From: Flaccisagitta enflata
Lineage: Eukaryota
Direction of reading: 5' to 3'
Assembly: GCA_965153355.1 (NCBI GenBank)
Contig: OZ231126.1
Coordinates: forward strand, 28,892,001-28,956,000
Length of the DNA: 64,000 bases
In this document: one piece after another, positions 63,018-64,000 of the stretch
How the letters are laid out: every line of letters begins with the position of its first letter
How positions within the stretch are numbered: position 1 is the first letter of the stretch
The notes under the pieces: generated by a model
The model's input: only the letters and a program-made list of their open reading frames with translations
Told to the model about the DNA's origin: nothing
Databases searched by the model: none
Translations under genes and position numbers: made by a program

Positions 63018-64000
63018 TAAAAAATCTGATCAGTATCTGGGTCCGCGACGGAAGGGGGTTATAGATCACCAATTCCATAAGATCGCTATGACCAAAAGAT
63101 CGCTAACCTCGTAAGTTCGCTAAAACTATAATTCTTTACATTAAGAGCCTCCATACAAAGTTTCATGCAAATCCGATGAAAAATGGCAAAGTTATGCACA
63201 TTTTTCACTTTTAGGCTAGTAGGGTGGTTGGTTGGTAAACTGGTTTGGATAAATAGTGTGCATATGTTGAGTTCTTTCATTTAGAGACTCCATACCAAGT
63301 TTCAACCAAATTGGTTGAAAAATGTCCAATTTATGCAAGTTTTTAACTTTTAGGCCGGTAAGCTGGTTGGGTGGTAGGTGGGTTTGGCTGGTTGGCATGC
63401 TCAAACATAAATAAATCACATACATGTGCTGAGTCCTTCCATTTAGAGACTCCATACCAAATTTCAACGAAATTGGTTGAAAAACGCCAAAGATATGCAC
63501 ATTTTTCACTTTTAGGCTGGTAGGCTGATTGAGTGGTAGGCTGGTTTGACAGGATAAATAGTGTACATATGTTGAGTTCTTCCATTTAGAGACTCCATAC
63601 CAAGTTTCAACCAAATTGGTTGAAAAATGTAAAAGTTATGCAAGTTTTCACTTTTGGTGGTAGGCTGGTTGGGTGGTAGGTCGGTTTGCAGTTAGCATGC
63701 TCAAATGCATATAAATCACATGTATGTTGAGTCCTTCCATTTAGAGACTCCACACCAAATTTCAACAAAATCGGTTGAAAAATGCCAAAGATATGCACAT
63801 TTTTCATTTTTAGGCTGGTAGGCTGGTTGGGTGGTAGGCTGGTTTGACAGGATAAATAGTGTGCATATGTTGAGTTCTTCCATTTAGAGACTCCATACCA
63901 AGTTTCAACCAAATCAGTTGAAAAATGACAAAGTTACGCAAGTTTTTCACTTTTAGGCCGGTTGGCTGGTTGGGTGGTAGGTCGGTTTGGCCGGTTAGCA
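63018..64000. mobile_element. HINE-like family E element (runs off the right edge), inserted into a Tigger-like MITE beginning at 62890
   Basis: AAAAAATCTGATCAGTATCTGGGTCCGCGACGGAAGGGGG and internal units closely similar to 52556-53888. Confidence 0.85.

Overview
Eukaryotic (animal, probably invertebrate; the species cannot be determined from the sequence) genomic DNA that is intron-rich and full of repeats. I reconstructed four protein-coding loci by hand from GT-AG splice sites with consistent phases. (1) CLASP on the minus strand: ATG at 41422, TOG1 exons, a ~22.9-kb intron, then linker and TOG2 exons running off the left edge. That long intron holds a 389-codon S/T-rich ORF with an SxIP motif, which splices in frame into CLASP as a likely TOG1-less alternative first exon. 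(2) A Dok/IRS-like PH+PTB docking-protein gene on the plus strand, head-to-head with CLASP, with ATG at 50751 and probably continuing past the right edge. (3) A G-protein beta subunit gene and (4) a CaMKII association (hub) domain ORF with no kinase domain in view, preceded by an ORF that looks like a mitochondrial presequence. Genes 3 and 4 lie 301 bp apart on the minus strand, both nested in the first coding intron of the Dok-like gene. The rest is non-autonomous transposons (DINE-1/HINE-like Helentron derivatives carrying internal tandem repeats, ~600-bp TA-flanked foldback MITEs, hAT-type MITEs), a ~4.9-kb 131-bp satellite, a ~4.4-kb 20-bp minisatellite and many microsatellites. I found no transposase ORF, rRNA, tRNA or CRISPR array. 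Protein identifications rest on recalled family motifs, not database searches.
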